From NCBI GenBank assembly GCA_963692915.1, contig OY843584.1:736001-800000 (forward strand): a stretch of DNA of 64,000 nt, written 5' to 3'. Made by a program: the position numbers and the translations under genes. This document shows, piece by piece, positions 10,469-20,738 of this stretch; position 1 is the stretch's first letter, and each line of letters starts with the position of its first letter. The notes beneath the pieces were generated by a model that saw nothing but the letters and a program-made list of their open reading frames with translations, did not search any database and was not told the DNA's origin. This DNA is from Cenarchaeum sp. GTDB lineage: Archaea; Thermoproteota; Nitrososphaeria; Nitrososphaerales; Nitrosopumilaceae.

Positions 10469-11452
10469 ATGAAAGCGCACACGGGACAGGGCAGGGTGAC
10501 CGAGGTCGCCATGGCCGTACGGGCCGCAGTGACCACGGCCGTCGAGTCGTGTGGACACGGCACGATCGCGCTCTCTGGCGGCCTGGACAGCTCGATCATT
10601 GCCGCGCTGCGCGCCGGCTCGACGTCAACGAGAACCATAAGCGTCATCGCCGGAGACTTTGAGTCACCAGACATGGCGTACGGCCAGGCAATGGCCCGCC
10701 ATGCCGGCCTCGAGCACGAGATTGTCAATGTCAGCACCGTCGAGGCCCTTGACGCAGTTGAGGAGGCCACAAGGGTGCTCGGGACGTACAGCCCCATGGA
10801 GATACGGAGTGCGGCAGTCATCTGCATCGTCCTGCGCGCCGCGTGCCGCTCCGGCGCAGGGCTTGTGATAACCGGTGATGGGGCCGACGAGCTCTTTGCG
10901 GGGTATTCGTTTCTCGCAAGGGCGCCGCGCGCACAGCTCCGTGCGCGCCTCAAGAGGCTGCAGCGAATAATGCACTTTCCCTCAATGAAGATGGCCGAGG
11001 CCATGGACATCAAAATGACCTCGCCGTACCTCGACAGGGGCGTAGTCGAGGTGTCACGCACGGTTCCTGAGGACATGCTTGTCCACGGGGAGGGCGATGC
11101 GCGAGTGGGCAAATGGATACTGCGAAAGGCCTTTGAGCGCGACGTTCCCCACGAGATCGCATGGCGTCAAAAGGTACCAATGTCACGCGGAGCCGGACTC
11201 GACGGCCTGGGCGAGTTTCTAAGCAGGGCAATGTCTGATGGCACGTTTGCCGAGAGAACACGGCGCATACTTGAGGATGACGGAGTGCGCATAAGGGACA
11301 AGGAATCGCTCCATTATTACGAGGTACGCAAAAAGTTCCATGACGTGCCAGTCCACGCTTCTGATGGTGCGCCAGAATGCCCTGACTGCCATTCGGACGT
11401 GAGCGCCAATGACTCGAGGTTTTGCAGGATGTGCGGCAGGTTTCCGCTCTAG
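10469..11452 (+). CDS. Asparagine synthase C-terminal-domain protein with Zn ribbon
   Basis: ALSGGLDSS, TGDGADELFAGY, KWILRKAF, terminal CPDC...CRMC. Confidence 0.85.
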   Translation: MKAHTGQGRVTEVAMAVRAAVTTAVESCGHGTIALSGGLDSSIIAALRAGSTSTRTISVIAGDFESPDMAYGQAMARHAGLEHEIVNVSTVEALDAVEEATRVLGTYSPMEIRSAAVICIVLRAACRSGAGLVITGDGADELFAGYSFLARAPRAQLRARLKRLQRIMHFPSMKMAEAMDIKMTSPYLDRGVVEVSRTVPEDMLVHGEGDARVGKWILRKAFERDVPHEIAWRQKVPMSRGAGLDGLGEFLSRAMSDGTFAERTRRILEDDGVRIRDKESLHYYEVRKKFHDVPVHASDGAPECPDCHSDVSANDSRFCRMCGRFPL

Positions 11453-11595
11453 GCTCTCTTGGACCACTTGCGTGGCTTTTTTGCAAAGATCTTCATGCAC
11501 CCGTTGCAGCAGAAATAGTACTTTTTCCCATTATGCTCGTGAACAAGCGCAATTTCCTCGTCTAGCTCTATTCCACACACAGGATCTACCGGCAC
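11449..11595 (-). CDS. YHS domain protein
   Basis: PVDPVCG...KKYYFCCNGC. Confidence 0.85.
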   Translation of the reverse strand: MPVDPVCGIELDEEIALVHEHNGKKYYFCCNGCMKIFAKKPRKWSKRA

Positions 11596-11870
11596 GTCCC
11601 ACACATGGACAATTTTGCTATTTATAGATATGCTGATTGTCGCCATTACTGACCCACAGGCAAGAGGCAATGCCTTCCTGGCTAGTCATTTACGCGAGTC
11701 AGCATGACCTGCGCTGCAACTGTGCAACCCTGTTAAGTCGGGTATGGTTATATTATGGGATGGGCAAAAGGGCGACGAGCAAGCCATGGAACCCACAGCT
11801 GATCATAAACCCATACGCCATTGTGTGCGCACACTTGTCAGGGCCTGGCCCTAAAGACGGGCGGTTGAAA

Positions 11871-13121
11871 TTGGACACGGTATACACTAGCGAGCTAGAC
11901 GGATTTGGGTTCCAGGATCTGTGTGCCAGGATATTCAAAAGGCTGGAATGGGGAGACGTCAAGACATACACCGCGCAGGACAAGGGCAGGGACGTCGGCA
12001 TAGATACGCCGGATGGGCACATAGTCGTAGAGTGCAAGCATCAGCCCGGTTCCACTGTTGGCAGGCCAATAATACAGAAACTCCACTCAGCAACGATATG
12101 GTTTCATGGCATAAAGGGAATTGTTGTCACAACAGGAAGGTTTTCAGACGAGGCCAGGGAGCACGCCAGGGAGCTGTCCAAGAGCATTCCAATAGAACTT
12201 GTTGACTGGCATGAACTCCGCAAGCTGGCACATAGCGCAGGAATCAACATTTACGAAAGCGCCGACAAGATGGTGCCAGTCATATACGGGTACCAGGTAG
12301 ACCATGCGGCGATGCAAAGACGTGTGGTGGAGAGCTTTGACACGTACAAGAGCAGCCCCAGCAGGGCATCGAAACTAGTCAAGATAAATGCGCTGTCGTG
12401 GAACGCCGAGCCCGCATACAGGGTAAAATACGACATTGAAGAGAAATTTGAGACAACGACATACCTGCTAAAAGACCTAAAAGAGCACGGCCAGATCATC
12501 ATGATCGACGGCGCAGGAAAAAAGATGCGCGACAGCGCAAAATACGACTTTGTCAACGTGGCGCCGCTTGTTGACTTTGATGAGATAGTGTCAGGAAAAG
12601 ACTTTTTGCGTGGCACAGACAGCCTCCTAGACCATTTTAGCATTTCGCGGCAGGAGCTCGTCAGGATTGCAGAGGGCATGGTAATTGACGCATATACAGA
12701 AACGATAAGGTACAAGGGCAAGAATAACGTGAGGTATGAGAAACTCTGCGTTCCTGGACGCAAGAGTGTGCGCATTGCAGACATAAAACAGGTCGTAATT
12801 GCCGACTATGACGTCAAGATCGGCATACTGGATCGTGAGATAACGAGACGCGTCATGGACAACACAAAATCGACGATGTTCATTGACGACGGAATCAAGT
12901 GTATAGACTGCTCAAAGAACATCAAGGGCGGCGCGGGTCAGGTCTGCAACACGTGCGGCAACCTCACGCACGCGCGTCGCATGCTTGGGTCATGCGGGTT
13001 TGAGTGCAAGGAGTGCAAAAGGACAATATGCCCCATATGCACAAAGTCATCAAGAAGGCTGCTGTTCTTCAAAAAGAGGCTGTGCGAGCAATGCAGTGCG
13101 GCCCGTGCGTCTGGCACATAG
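11871..13121 (+). CDS. Mrr-like restriction endonuclease with C-terminal Cys-rich Zn fingers
   Basis: FQDLCARIF...DKGRD...VECKH...GIVVTTGRFSDEA...IELVD; tail CIDC/CNTC/CKEC/CPIC/CEQC; lower GC than flanks; start uncertain. Confidence 0.8.
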   Translation: MDTVYTSELDGFGFQDLCARIFKRLEWGDVKTYTAQDKGRDVGIDTPDGHIVVECKHQPGSTVGRPIIQKLHSATIWFHGIKGIVVTTGRFSDEAREHARELSKSIPIELVDWHELRKLAHSAGINIYESADKMVPVIYGYQVDHAAMQRRVVESFDTYKSSPSRASKLVKINALSWNAEPAYRVKYDIEEKFETTTYLLKDLKEHGQIIMIDGAGKKMRDSAKYDFVNVAPLVDFDEIVSGKDFLRGTDSLLDHFSISRQELVRIAEGMVIDAYTETIRYKGKNNVRYEKLCVPGRKSVRIADIKQVVIADYDVKIGILDREITRRVMDNTKSTMFIDDGIKCIDCSKNIKGGAGQVCNTCGNLTHARRMLGSCGFECKECKRTICPICTKSSRRLLFFKKRLCEQCSAARASGT

Positions 13122-13132
13122 TGCCAGGCCGA

Positions 13133-14014
13133 CTACACGACCAGACCCACAACCACTAGCGCTCCGGCGATGCGCCCAAAGAGCACGGTTCTTTGCATGG
13201 CCGGCACGAGGCGCACGGCATCAGAGTGGTGGCGCCGCAGCATTCTGCCCGCAGAGAGCGCCAGCGGCAGGGCGGCAAGTGAGATTGCGCACTCGGGTGG
13301 AAGCGCACCAAGTGAGATCGAGGCGAGAAGTACGACGCCAAACGCGGCCACAAATGCCCAAAAGATCGATGCGGCCGCAGCGCGCCCAACGGTGACGACA
13401 AGAGTTCGCCGTCCGCCGAGGCGGTCGGCGTCATGGTCTGGAAACGACGTGACTAGCAAGACGATCGACGAGAGTATCCCCACGCACACGCCTGCGGCTG
13501 CTGCGGCCTCGCCAATAGCCCCTGTCTGTATGTATGCAGTGCCAATCACTATGAGCGCCCCCTTTGCAGCGACAAAGGCCTCGGCCAGGCCGCTATCGAC
13601 TACCCTTGTGGAGTAAAAGTACACAGATGCCACGGCAAAAGCCAGTATAAGCGCGATTGGCAGCCCGTGCGTGAACACAAAGTACACGCCGGCAGCCACG
13701 CCAAGGCCCATCATGGCCAGGCCCGCGGCCCGAACGGCCCCTGGCGAAAGGGCACCGTCGGTTATAACGCCAGTCCCACCGCTAAACGGCGTCCTCGTCG
13801 TGTGCGCATCGATCCCGCGCCTGTGATCCCAATAGTCATTGAGGAGGTCAACACTTGCGTGAAGCGCAAGGACTCCGGCCAGTGTGAGGATCGCGTCCAC
13901 CACGCTTATTGCATGGCCGCCATGCCAGCTAACGGCAAGGCCTGCTGCAACAGCAATGGCCGAAGCTGCCATAAAGCGTGCTCGTACTGCGCGAAGCCAC
14001 ACCGACACCGTCAT
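13133..14014 (-). CDS. menA: UbiA/MenA family prenyltransferase
   Basis: NDYWDHRRGID and PDHDADRLGGRRTL Asp-rich motifs; multi-TM. Confidence 0.85.
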   Translation of the reverse strand: MTVSVWLRAVRARFMAASAIAVAAGLAVSWHGGHAISVVDAILTLAGVLALHASVDLLNDYWDHRRGIDAHTTRTPFSGGTGVITDGALSPGAVRAAGLAMMGLGVAAGVYFVFTHGLPIALILAFAVASVYFYSTRVVDSGLAEAFVAAKGALIVIGTAYIQTGAIGEAAAAAGVCVGILSSIVLLVTSFPDHDADRLGGRRTLVVTVGRAAAASIFWAFVAAFGVVLLASISLGALPPECAISLAALPLALSAGRMLRRHHSDAVRLVPAMQRTVLFGRIAGALVVVGLVV

Positions 14015-14412
14015 ATCAGCGACTCATCGCTCACCGCGAGCGGTTTTCGGTTCCCAAAGCCCGAGTCCTTTTCGTGCCAGAACTTTATCTCCTCTTCGCC
14101 ATATTTCCAGCATAGCCAGACATCGGCATCAAACCTACGTGACGGAAAGTCAATCAGGCCATCATCAATGCCTTTGATCGCAATGCCGGTGTTTTCAAGA
14201 TCTGCAATGGCCGCATAAAACGCGGCGAGTGCAGAGTTTAGCCCCTGCTTGCGAAGCATATACTCGTCGAGTCCAGAGTCCGAGGCGAGTGCCATCTGGA
14301 CTCCCTGTTCTGCGCGCATTACGGCTGTGCGGCACTTTACGATATACTCGTACTTTTTGCTTACTTCCGGAATCGCCGCATTGGCGCTGCTCACCGTATA
14401 GTACTCAAACAC
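14011..14412 (-). CDS. DUF2203-like protein
   Basis: GLIDFPS...WLCWKYGEEEIKFWH...GFGNRKP. Confidence 0.8.
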   Translation of the reverse strand: MFEYYTVSSANAAIPEVSKKYEYIVKCRTAVMRAEQGVQMALASDSGLDEYMLRKQGLNSALAAFYAAIADLENTGIAIKGIDDGLIDFPSRRFDADVWLCWKYGEEEIKFWHEKDSGFGNRKPLAVSDESLI

Positions 14413-14462
14413 AGACGCGCCGACGGAGACGGGCCAATTAAAACCATCGCGACGCACACGCA

Positions 14463-15509
14463 CTAGCGGCGTCGTGCCTTTCGTGGTGCCCTACGCACGG
14501 CCACCTTGCGCGATCCTGCGTGGGTGGCTCCCCGGCGCCGACCAGTCGCCGAGCGCCTTTTCAACCCCCGCGTCCTGCGCGCAGAGACCTTTGATGCCAC
14601 ACGCCTTGCCGGAGGCTTGCGGGCGGCCTTTCTAGGTCGGGCGACCCTGGATGACGCCTTGAGCACACGCGCAGCCTTGGCCCTCTTTGCCGGCCTGCTG
14701 GCGGCCTTTCTGGGTCGGGCGACCCCGGATGACGCCTTGAGCACACGCGCGCCCTTGGCCCTCTTTGCCGGCCTGCGGGCGGCCTTTCTGGGTCGGGCGA
14801 CCCTGGATGACGCATTTACCCTCTTTGAGGCCTTGCGCCCTGCTGACCTTTTCTTTGCAGCTGCGCGCCTCTTCCTCTTGGCTGATGCTGCCATCTCGGC
14901 TCTAATTTTTGCCAGTGTTCGCGATGCTGACTCTTTCTGACGCGATTTGGCGCCGAGCCTCTTTGAGAGCGTATTTGACCTCTTTTTGCCAACAGAGACC
15001 CTGCGCGCAAGCGATGGGCGAGCCTGGCGCTTTTTGCGTATGCGCGAGGAGAGCTGGGTCTTTTCAGACGTAATGGCTGCGATCTCTGCCATTATCTTTT
15101 TGGCCGTTTTTTTGCGAAGGCGTATCTCGTGCTCTAGCTGTGCGATCGTATCAGATATCGAGTTGACGCGCCACATGGCTGAACGGCGCCTGTCCTCATT
15201 TGTCGCTTCGTCGACCTCACGCCGGGCATCACGGTGCGCCTCGCGCTCACGCTCAAGTCGTTCACGGGCGGCATCGATCAGCCTGTTGATGCTGTTTTGC
15301 CGCTCTATTCCTTGTGAAAGTGATGATGAGACGTCAACGAGCGTGTCGTGGGCACCCTGTATGCCACGCTCTATGGCCTGCAGGCCAGACGACGAGCGCC
15401 GTAGCTCGTCATGCTCCTTTTTGAGCTCACGCCTAGTCTTTCGGAGTATTGTGCTAGCATCTGCCTTTTTTTTCTCAAGCTTGGTTGCCAAGTTGACAAG
15501 CGTCCCCAT
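14463..15509 (-). CDS. Coiled-coil protein with very basic histone H1-like K/R/A-rich tail
   Basis: Heptad-rich N-half; tail with 26-aa repeats ASSRVARPRKAARRPAKRAKGARVLK. Confidence 0.75.
   Translation of the reverse strand: MGTLVNLATKLEKKKADASTILRKTRRELKKEHDELRRSSSGLQAIERGIQGAHDTLVDVSSSLSQGIERQNSINRLIDAARERLEREREAHRDARREVDEATNEDRRRSAMWRVNSISDTIAQLEHEIRLRKKTAKKIMAEIAAITSEKTQLSSRIRKKRQARPSLARRVSVGKKRSNTLSKRLGAKSRQKESASRTLAKIRAEMAASAKRKRRAAAKKRSAGRKASKRVNASSRVARPRKAARRPAKRAKGARVLKASSGVARPRKAASRPAKRAKAARVLKASSRVARPRKAARKPPARRVASKVSARRTRGLKRRSATGRRRGATHAGSRKVAVRRAPRKARRR
14623..14813. repeat. 78-bp tandem repeat (~2.5 copies) within the basic protein
   Basis: GCGGCCTTTCT(A/G)GGTCGGGCGACCC... 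starts at 14623, 14701 and 14779. Confidence 0.9.
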
Positions 15510-15605
15510 TATGTTGTGTGAACAAGGCACATTCGGTTAAGTGACCATTATAACCATGTGTTGACATGTGTGTAAAGAAAGTTAACCGAGAGTGGTCGGA
15601 TCGCA

Positions 15606-15809
15606 GGGCAGCAAGCAAGCACATGATCGCAGACTGGATCCCAGGAAAACGTCGGGGTATGGACGTGGCAGTGCATAGGCCACAAGACCGGTGCTGTGAA
15701 AGGGCAACACGATGGTTTTCCTGAAGGACCGCCTGCGCCCCCAAGCCGCAGGGGAGACGACCCCGTTCCAAGAGCCATGCTGGATCATGGCGAATCCAGG
15801 CTCCAGCCC
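15606..15809 (+). ncRNA. Putative structured non-coding RNA of unknown class
   Basis: Nested complementarity: GGGC/GCCC ends, CATGATC 15622-28/GATCATG 15783-89, CAGGAAAAC 15642-50/GTTTTCCTG 15715-23, internal hairpins; upstream AAAGTTAA promoter-like box; strand inferred. Confidence 0.55.
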
Positions 15810-15828
15810 AGGTCTGCGAGGCAGGCGC

Positions 15829-16266
15829 CTAGTAGAGCCCCGCGGCCTCTTCCTTGAGGGACTCGGCGCCGCCGTCAGGGTGCTCGGCGGCAATGTGCTT
15901 GTAGAGCGCGAACTTTAGTATCTTGAGGGAGAGGAGCGCACACTTTATGCGAACTGCCTGGAGGTGCTCAAGGCCCAGTTCGGAGAGGAGCTCGCCCTTT
16001 TGGATGGCACGGACGTCCTCTATGCTCTTTCCCTTGGCGAGCTCGGTCAGCACTGACGTGCATGCCATGCAGATCGCACACCCCTGGCCACGGAACTTTA
16101 TGTCCGACAGTTTGCCGTCGGTGAATTTTAGGTCCATGTCAAGGCTGTCGCCACATAGGGGATTGGAGTCATGATGCGTCACGTCAGGGCTGTCGATCTG
16201 TCCAAAATTGAGCGGGTTGCGCGAATAGTCTATTATCATCTCATGGTAGATGTCCGTGCTACTCAA
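15829..16266 (-). CDS. sufU: Fe-S cluster scaffold SufU/IscU
   Basis: NPLCGD, GCAIC, RIKCALL. Confidence 0.93.
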   Translation of the reverse strand: MSSTDIYHEMIIDYSRNPLNFGQIDSPDVTHHDSNPLCGDSLDMDLKFTDGKLSDIKFRGQGCAICMACTSVLTELAKGKSIEDVRAIQKGELLSELGLEHLQAVRIKCALLSLKILKFALYKHIAAEHPDGGAESLKEEAAGLY

Positions 16267-17503
16267 CCTTGAACGTCCTCGCAACCTTGTGAAGTGAGGT
16301 GACTAGCGCATCGATGTCCTCCGTTGTGTTGTACACGTAAAAGCTTGCGCGCGATGTTGCCGCAATCCCTAGCTTTTCCATGAGAACCTGGGCGCAGTGG
16401 TGTCCTGAGCGCATCGCAATTCCGTCACCGTCAACAATTTGCGCCACATCGTGCGGGTGCACGTCGTGAAAGTTGAAGGATATCACGCTGCCGTGCTTTG
16501 AGAGGTCAGGTGTCCCGTACACGCGCAGTCCACGTATTTCTGTCAGCGCACGCATCGCATATTTGGTAAGGGTCGCACCGTGCTCGTGGACACGCTCCAT
16601 TCCAATTCCCTCAAGGTACTTGATCGCCGTGCCAAGCCCAATCACGCCGGCAATGCCCGGCGTGCCGGCCTCAAACTTGTAGGGCACGTCATTCCACGTT
16701 GTCTCCTGCCGATGAACCTCCCGTATCATGTCTCCCCCGCCGTGAAACGGATCCATCGACTCGAGTGTTTCGCGGCGTGCCCACAGAACCCCAATTCCAG
16801 TTGGCGCAAGCATCTTGTGGCCAGAGAACGCGAAAAAGTCGCATCCAAGGGCATCAACGTTGACGCCCATGTGGGGCACGGCCTGCGCACCGTCAATGAG
16901 CGTGCGCACGCCGGCTGCACGGCACATCCTGACAATTGCAGTTGCGTCTGACACTGTCCCGAGCACGTTGGACATTAGGCTGAACGTGACAAGCTTTACG
17001 CGCCCCGTTGCGAGATGGCGCTCGAGATCCGCAAGAATCAGCTCGCCATTGTCATCAATGTTGATGTACTCTAGGCGCGCGCCGCGCTCCTTGGCCAGGA
17101 TCTGCCAGGGCACGATATTGCTGTGGTGCTCGTACTCGGTCGTCACTATAATGTCGCCGGCACCAACGTTGCGGCGGCCCCACGAGTACGCAACGAGGTT
17201 GATCGCCTCAGTCGTCCCGCGAACAAAGACTATCTCGCGCCGGTCAGATGCGCCTATGAACCTAGCCACAGTGTCGCGCACGCCCTCATAGTCAGCAGTG
17301 GCCTCCTCGGCAAGCTCGTACACTGCCCTGTGGATGTTGGCGTTGCCGTTCTCATAGTATGTGCGTATTGCGTCGATCACCTGCTGTGGCTTTTGGCTCG
17401 TCGAGGCGTTGTCAAGGTAGACTAGCGGCTTGCCGCCGCGCACTGTCCTAGACAGTATCGGAAAGTCGCCGCGCACGTCAAGTGTCGCCTGTGCTGACTG
17501 CAT
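16259..17503 (-). CDS. sufS: Cysteine desulfurase
   Basis: YLDNASTSQKP, EHHSN, SGHKM, RSGHHCA. Confidence 0.96.
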   Translation of the reverse strand: MQSAQATLDVRGDFPILSRTVRGGKPLVYLDNASTSQKPQQVIDAIRTYYENGNANIHRAVYELAEEATADYEGVRDTVARFIGASDRREIVFVRGTTEAINLVAYSWGRRNVGAGDIIVTTEYEHHSNIVPWQILAKERGARLEYINIDDNGELILADLERHLATGRVKLVTFSLMSNVLGTVSDATAIVRMCRAAGVRTLIDGAQAVPHMGVNVDALGCDFFAFSGHKMLAPTGIGVLWARRETLESMDPFHGGGDMIREVHRQETTWNDVPYKFEAGTPGIAGVIGLGTAIKYLEGIGMERVHEHGATLTKYAMRALTEIRGLRVYGTPDLSKHGSVISFNFHDVHPHDVAQIVDGDGIAMRSGHHCAQVLMEKLGIAATSRASFYVYNTTEDIDALVTSLHKVARTFKVE

Positions 17504-17504
17504 G

Positions 17505-17834
17505 CTACACCTCGACGTAGACGGCATTCCCGTCTATTCTTGCCGGATACACGCCAAGTGGGCTCTCGGCTGGCGGGTTTAGCGGTATTCCCGTCTCCAT
17601 GTCAAAGACAGAGAGATGGAGTGGGCAGCGCACGCCTGGACTGCCGTGCTGGCCGGCCCCCGGGGCGACGAATCCCGTCGAGAGGTCGGCGTCTGCATGT
17701 GTGCATATGCCATCAGACGCGTACACACGCTCCCCCTCGCGAAGTATAATCAGGCTCTTGCCGCCGCACTTTACTGCGCAAACCTCGCCGTCAGCCGCCT
17801 CGTCAATCCCACATGCCCTGGTCCACGTCGCCAC
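17505..17834 (-). CDS. Rieske [2Fe-2S] ferredoxin
   Basis: CTH...CPLH. Confidence 0.9.
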   Translation of the reverse strand: MATWTRACGIDEAADGEVCAVKCGGKSLIILREGERVYASDGICTHADADLSTGFVAPGAGQHGSPGVRCPLHLSVFDMETGIPLNPPAESPLGVYPARIDGNAVYVEV

Positions 17835-17841
17835 CCTGCCA

Positions 17842-19248
17842 TCACCTGTACTTGTAGTGCTGCTCTATCTCGGCGTTCTCGTTGTATCGCGTCTCCTCGA
17901 CTTCGATAAACTTGCGCAGCTCCTCATCACTGTTTATCTTTAGCGCGCGCCCGTCCCACTTTGACTCCACTAGCGAGGCTATCCACGCGCGAACCTCATA
18001 GGACATCTTTCGCGAGAGGGGCTCAAGGAACCCCTCCACTATGATCCTCTCGGCAGCAGCACGGCTCATGCACCGCGCTTGCAGGTAGAACAGCTGCTCC
18101 TCGTCTATCTGTGCCACAGACGCCGAGTGAGTGGCCTTTACGTCATTGGTCTCTATCTCCAGGCCTGGTATGGCATCGGACTTTGCGTCCGGATCAAGGA
18201 GTATAGAGCGGCCCGAGAGGTACGAGTTTGACTTTGCGGCATTCTCGCGTATTCGTATCATTCCCTTGAACAGCGAGCGCGAGCGGTCGCGCAAGATTGA
18301 CTTTTCGGTGACGCGTCCCTCAGTGGATGGCGCATTGTGGTTGATGCACGCCTGTATGTCAAATGACTGCTCGTCGTTCCCAAACGCGACCTCCGAGTCA
18401 GTCACGGCAGCGCCCTGCCCAACGAGGTCATAGTCTATGCGGTATCGCGAGAGCGATGAGCCAAATAGGCCAAGGTACCAGTTCGTCGAGGCATCCTGCT
18501 CCACGCGTGCACGGCGCGTCGAAAAGTTGATCGCGCGCTTGTCCATCATCTGGAGCGTCGTCACGTCAAGGCGTGCGCCAGGCGCGACAGTCGACGTGAG
18601 GAGCTCCATGTGAGCCTGCTCGGCACCTGCGCTGGGCGAGTAGAGCTCCTGCACTATCGACGACCGGCTTGACTTGCCGGCAACTATGACGTTGCGCGAT
18701 ATCGAGGAGGCGCCTCCCTCCGGCAGGCATGAGACCAGGTGTATCGAGCCCTCCAGTGTCGCACTGTCAGGAATATGCACAAACACGCCAGAGTCAAAGG
18801 CGGCCACGTTGAGCGCCGTAAAGCGGTCTTCTGATGCGTCTACGGACTCTAGGGCTGACCTTAGGAGCTCGGGGCTCTCAGAGACGGCGTCAGCTATCGG
18901 CATTACCTTGATGCCTGCAGATGCTAGTGAGTCCGGGATGCTTAGGGCCTCGGTTCGCGAGCCGACCTGCACGACGTATGCCATCCCCGACTTTGACAGC
19001 TCGTCGAGTCGCACCCTGATGGCCTCAGGCACTCCCTGCGGCGTGGCCGTGTCGAGCATGACACTCTCGGGATTCATCCTCTTTGCGTCAGTATAGTGCT
19101 CATAGAGAACCGATGTCTCTAGCGGGAGCGACTTGTATGACTCTAGCGCACCGTGACGCAGCGAGGCCAACCAGTCAGGCTCGCTGCGAGACGAGGAGAC
19201 CCCGTCAACATGTCCGCGATCCACCGTGGAGAGCGCAAGCCTTGACAT
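17842..19248 (-). CDS. sufD: Fe-S assembly protein SufD
   Basis: PGLEIETNDVKATHSASV...LFYLQAR; follows sufB. Confidence 0.92.
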   Translation of the reverse strand: MSRLALSTVDRGHVDGVSSSRSEPDWLASLRHGALESYKSLPLETSVLYEHYTDAKRMNPESVMLDTATPQGVPEAIRVRLDELSKSGMAYVVQVGSRTEALSIPDSLASAGIKVMPIADAVSESPELLRSALESVDASEDRFTALNVAAFDSGVFVHIPDSATLEGSIHLVSCLPEGGASSISRNVIVAGKSSRSSIVQELYSPSAGAEQAHMELLTSTVAPGARLDVTTLQMMDKRAINFSTRRARVEQDASTNWYLGLFGSSLSRYRIDYDLVGQGAAVTDSEVAFGNDEQSFDIQACINHNAPSTEGRVTEKSILRDRSRSLFKGMIRIRENAAKSNSYLSGRSILLDPDAKSDAIPGLEIETNDVKATHSASVAQIDEEQLFYLQARCMSRAAAERIIVEGFLEPLSRKMSYEVRAWIASLVESKWDGRALKINSDEELRKFIEVEETRYNENAEIEQHYKYR

Positions 19249-19284
19249 CTGTCAGATCGCCCCCACACATGGTGCGGACATGGT

Positions 19285-20685
19285 CTAGCCCACCGATCCG
19301 TCCATCTCGAGCTTTATGAGTCGGTTGAGCTCGACGGCATACTCCATGGGGAGCTCCTTTGTGAACGGCTCCATAAACCCGTTGACTATGAGCGAGAGCG
19401 CCTCCTCCTCGGTGAATCCGCGCGTCATGAGGTAGAATATCTGCTCGTCGCCTATCTTGCCGACTGTCGCCTCGTGCGTTATCGTCGCGTCCTCCTGGTC
19501 TATCTCCATGTAGGGGTATGTGTCAGTCTTTGACGTGTCATCAAGGAGCAGCGCATCGCAGCGAACAGTCGACTTTACGCCTGTTGCGCCCTTTGCGACC
19601 TTTAGGAGGCCACGGTACGTGGAGCGCCCATCAAGGCGGCTCACGGACTTTGACGTTATCTTTGATGTCGTCTCGGGTGCGAGGTGAACCATCTTTGCCC
19701 CCGTGTCCTGGTGCTGGCCCTTGCCGGCAAACGCTATCGAGAGCGTCTCGCCATACGCGCGGCGGCCCATGAGGTATATTCCAGGGTACTTCATCGTTAT
19801 CTTGCTGCCAATGTTGCCGTCGATCCACTCGACTGTGGCGCCATCGTAGGCATACGCGCGCTTTGTGACAAGGTTGTACACGTCGCTGCTCCAGTTCTGT
19901 ATGGTCGTGTAGCGAAGCTTTGCGTCCTTTAGCGCGACGAGCTCGACTACTGCAGAGTGAAGTGACTCCGACGAGTATACCGGCGCCGTGCAGCCCTCAA
20001 TATAGTGGACCTCGGCGCCCTCATCGGCGATGATCAGCGTGCGCTCAAACTGGCCAATGTTCTCGGCGTTTATCCTAAAGTAGGCCTGCAGTGGCATGTC
20101 CACCTTGACGCCCGGCGGGATGTAGATGAACGATCCGCCGCTCCACACCGCACTGTTTAGCGCGGCAAACTTGTTGTCCTCGGGGGGGATGATCTTGCCA
20201 AAGTACTTTCTGAGTATCTCGGGCTGCTCCTTGAGCGCAGTGTCCGTGTCAAGGAAGAGTACTCCCTGCTTTGCAAGATCATCGCGAAGGCTGTGGTAGA
20301 CGACCTCTGACTCGTACTGCGCGCCGACGCCGGCAAGGAACTTTTTCTCGGCCTCTGGTATCCCGAGCTTGTTGAACGTGTTCTTTATCTCATCGGGGAC
20401 GTCATCCCAGCTCTTCTCGGCCTTGTCAGAGGCCTTTGCGTAATAGTAGATGTTCTGAAAGTCGATCGTGCTCAGGTCTGCGCCCCATGTTGGCATTGGG
20501 CGCTTCATGAACGCCTCATACGAGCGCAGCCTAAAGTCAAGCATCCACTGCGGCTCGTCCTTCATCTTGCTTATGCTAGTCACGACATCCTTTGAGAGGC
20601 CCTTCTTGCTCAGGTGCACGTACAGATCAGTGGAATCCTTAAAGTCGTACTTGGAGTAGTCCATCTCAAGGGGCTCTGTCGCCAT
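19285..20685 (-). CDS. sufB: Fe-S assembly protein SufB
   Basis: [43 protein letters not shown]. Confidence 0.97.
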   Translation of the reverse strand: MATEPLEMDYSKYDFKDSTDLYVHLSKKGLSKDVVTSISKMKDEPQWMLDFRLRSYEAFMKRPMPTWGADLSTIDFQNIYYYAKASDKAEKSWDDVPDEIKNTFNKLGIPEAEKKFLAGVGAQYESEVVYHSLRDDLAKQGVLFLDTDTALKEQPEILRKYFGKIIPPEDNKFAALNSAVWSGGSFIYIPPGVKVDMPLQAYFRINAENIGQFERTLIIADEGAEVHYIEGCTAPVYSSESLHSAVVELVALKDAKLRYTTIQNWSSDVYNLVTKRAYAYDGATVEWIDGNIGSKITMKYPGIYLMGRRAYGETLSIAFAGKGQHQDTGAKMVHLAPETTSKITSKSVSRLDGRSTYRGLLKVAKGATGVKSTVRCDALLLDDTSKTDTYPYMEIDQEDATITHEATVGKIGDEQIFYLMTRGFTEEEALSLIVNGFMEPFTKELPMEYAVELNRLIKLEMDGSVG

Positions 20686-20738
20686 CGTGGCACATCGTGC
20701 GCCCAATATTATAAATATATAGGGAAAGATAGGCGCAA

